A stretch of DNA of 18,605 nt. It comes from Candidatus Micrarchaeota archaeon. Its GTDB lineage: Archaea; Micrarchaeota; Micrarchaeia; Anstonellales; Bilamarchaeaceae. The notes below the pieces were generated by a model, which did not search any database, was not told where the DNA came from, and was given only the letters and a program-made list of their open reading frames with translations. The stretch lies in the NCBI GenBank assembly GCA_043821365.1, contig JBDRCX010000004.1, positions 1 through 18,605 of the forward strand, written 5' to 3'. Below are positions 17,235-18,605 of this stretch, piece after piece. Position numbers and translations under genes: made by a program. Position 1 is the stretch's first letter. Every line of letters starts with the position of its first letter.

Positions 17235-17929
17235 CGACAAAGAGGGGGTCGCAATAAATCTCGCTATATGCTGGAAACCCTAACCGTTTAAAACGGGGAA
17301 GAATACAGATACCGAGCAGGTGAAAATTCTGTTATTCAATTGGGCAATCAGCAGGAAACTAAGGAGGTGGTTTTATGGAATTGAGTAAAATTCCTAAAGA
17401 AAGATACCTCAAATACTATATTGCTGGTTTTGTTGATGGTGAAGGTTGTTTCAGTGTTTCGTTAAAAAAACAAGAAACAACAAGATTCGGATGGGTATTG
17501 GATCCGATTTTTCATGTAACTCAACATAAAAATAGCATAGAAGTACTCGATCTAATAGAGAAGGTACTTAGATGCGGAAGAGTTATAGAAAAACACGGAC
17601 AAAAAGATACCTGTCAGTTCTTAGTAGATAACCGAAGACAACTAAGTGAGAAGATCATTCCTTTTTTTGACAATTATTTGATTGTGAAGAAAAAGGATTT
17701 CAAGATTTTCAAACGAATTGTCCAAGGTTTAGAAAACAAAGAACATACAAAACCAGATAGCTTCCTTGAGCTTGTGAAGCTTGCTTTCTTAATGAATAAT
17801 GAAGGAAAGCAACGCAAATATACATTCAAAGAAGTAGAAAATAGTATAAAAGGATCCTCAGAGACTACACGCGAGACACCAAAAGGTGATGATATAGTCC
17901 AATCCGTACAGTAATGTGCGATACGATTG
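17235..17929 (+). mobile_element. Group I self-splicing intron at 23S position 1923 (695 nt)
   Basis: Exons rejoin to GACCCT|CTTAAGGTAGCG. The 5' exon ends in U paired with G of the IGS (GGGGGTC, P1) and the intron ends in G. Core elements P (ATGCTGGAAA), Q (AATCAGCAGG), R (TCAGAGACTACA) and S (GATATAGTCC) are present, with P3 TCTCGC/GCGAGA, P7 GACTA/TAGTC and P9 GTACA-GTAA-TGTGC. Confidence 0.96.
17375..17914 (+). CDS. Intron-encoded single-motif LAGLIDADG homing endonuclease
   Basis: YIAGFVDGEGCFSV motif, FHVTQ, GRV and IIPFFD typical of the I-CreI/I-CeuI-type fold; strong SD AAGGAGGT upstream; frame intact. Confidence 0.95.
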   Translation: MELSKIPKERYLKYYIAGFVDGEGCFSVSLKKQETTRFGWVLDPIFHVTQHKNSIEVLDLIEKVLRCGRVIEKHGQKDTCQFLVDNRRQLSEKIIPFFDNYLIVKKKDFKIFKRIVQGLENKEHTKPDSFLELVKLAFLMNNEGKQRKYTFKEVENSIKGSSETTRETPKGDDIVQSVQ

Positions 17930-18605
17930 CTTAAGGTAGCGTAATACCTCGCCGCTTAATTGGCGGCTTGCATGAATGACGTAACGTCACTCCCACTGTC
18001 CCTACTTAGGACCTAGTGAAATCACTGGCCAGTGAAGATGCTGGCAACTTCCAGAGGGAAACGAAGACTCCATGGAGCTTTACTATAGTCTGATGTTGTG
18101 GTACGAGATATACTACCAAGCGTAAGTGGGAGCCGTTATGTTGCAGCTTCTGGGTTGCAAATAGGCGAAAGTGTTACACCACTTAGTATATATTGTATCG
18201 CTTACTCGAAAGAGAACAGCGTCAGGTGGATAGTTTGGCTGGGGCGGTACGCCCTCGATAAGGAAACAAGGGCGCCCAATGCTTTGCTCATTCCGGTCAG
18301 AAATCGGAAGTAGAGGGTTAAAGACAAATGCAAGGCTGACTGTATTTTTAAAAGCGTAGAATGCAGAGACGAAAGTCGGGCTTAACGAACCTTGAAATCC
18401 CTTTGATGAGGATTCAAGCTGTCAGACAAGCTACCCTGGAGGTAACAGGCTCGTCGCGGGTGAGAGTACACATCGACCCCGCGGTTTGGTACATCGCTGT
18501 CGGCTTGGGACATCCTGGTCGTGTAGGAGCGGCCAAGGGTTGGGTTGTTCATCCATTAAAGTCCCACATGAGCTGGGTTCAGTACGTCGCGAGACAGTAC
18601 GGTAG

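Larger units (their letters stand above)
15240..18605 (+). rRNA. rrl: 23S rRNA (truncated at right edge near E. coli 2611), archaeal, interrupted by a group I intron
   Basis: GTGGATGGCTTGGC, GACCGATAGCG, GGCTTAGAAGCAGCC (GTPase centre), AAGGGAACTCGGCAAA, GTTTGGCTGGGGCGG (P-loop), TAACAGGC and GAGCTGGGTTCAG. The 5' end is approximate. Confidence 0.98.

Noticed and set aside
15228-17291. ORFs at 15228, 15290, 15746, 16502, 16704, 16772, 16801 and 17061
   Set aside because: Chance frames within or antisense to the 23S rRNA and the start of the intron.
18098-18313. 71-aa ORF
   Set aside because: Entirely within 23S domain V.

Overview
AT-rich archaeal chromosome segment, most consistent with a DPANN lineage (probably Micrarchaeota; inferred from the highly diverged, unlinked rRNAs and a VirB2-like small membrane protein, not from a database search). 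The 16S rRNA gene (minus strand, runs off the left edge) and the 23S rRNA gene (plus strand, runs off the right edge) point away from each other about 14.2 kb apart, each behind a near-identical BRE/TATA promoter. Between them lie: a membrane-anchored ArsR-type regulator; two orphan genes sharing an upstream motif; a split Suf Fe-S locus (lrp-sufC-sufS-[pilin-like gene]-sufU divergent from sufB, no sufD in the window); glutamate dehydrogenase; SPFH plus ferritin; AhpC preceded by a 44-aa CxxC/CxxC micro-protein missing from the ORF track; and a surface lipoprotein pair (clan GH-A glycosidase plus alpha/beta-hydrolase). The 23S carries a complete group I intron at E. coli-equivalent position 1923 encoding an intact single-motif LAGLIDADG endonuclease, a 55-nt insertion, a remodelled domain I, and substitutions at normally near-invariant peptidyl-transferase-centre positions. 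The 16S carries a 45-nt insertion in helix 18. E. coli numbering was assigned by eye from flanking conserved motifs.
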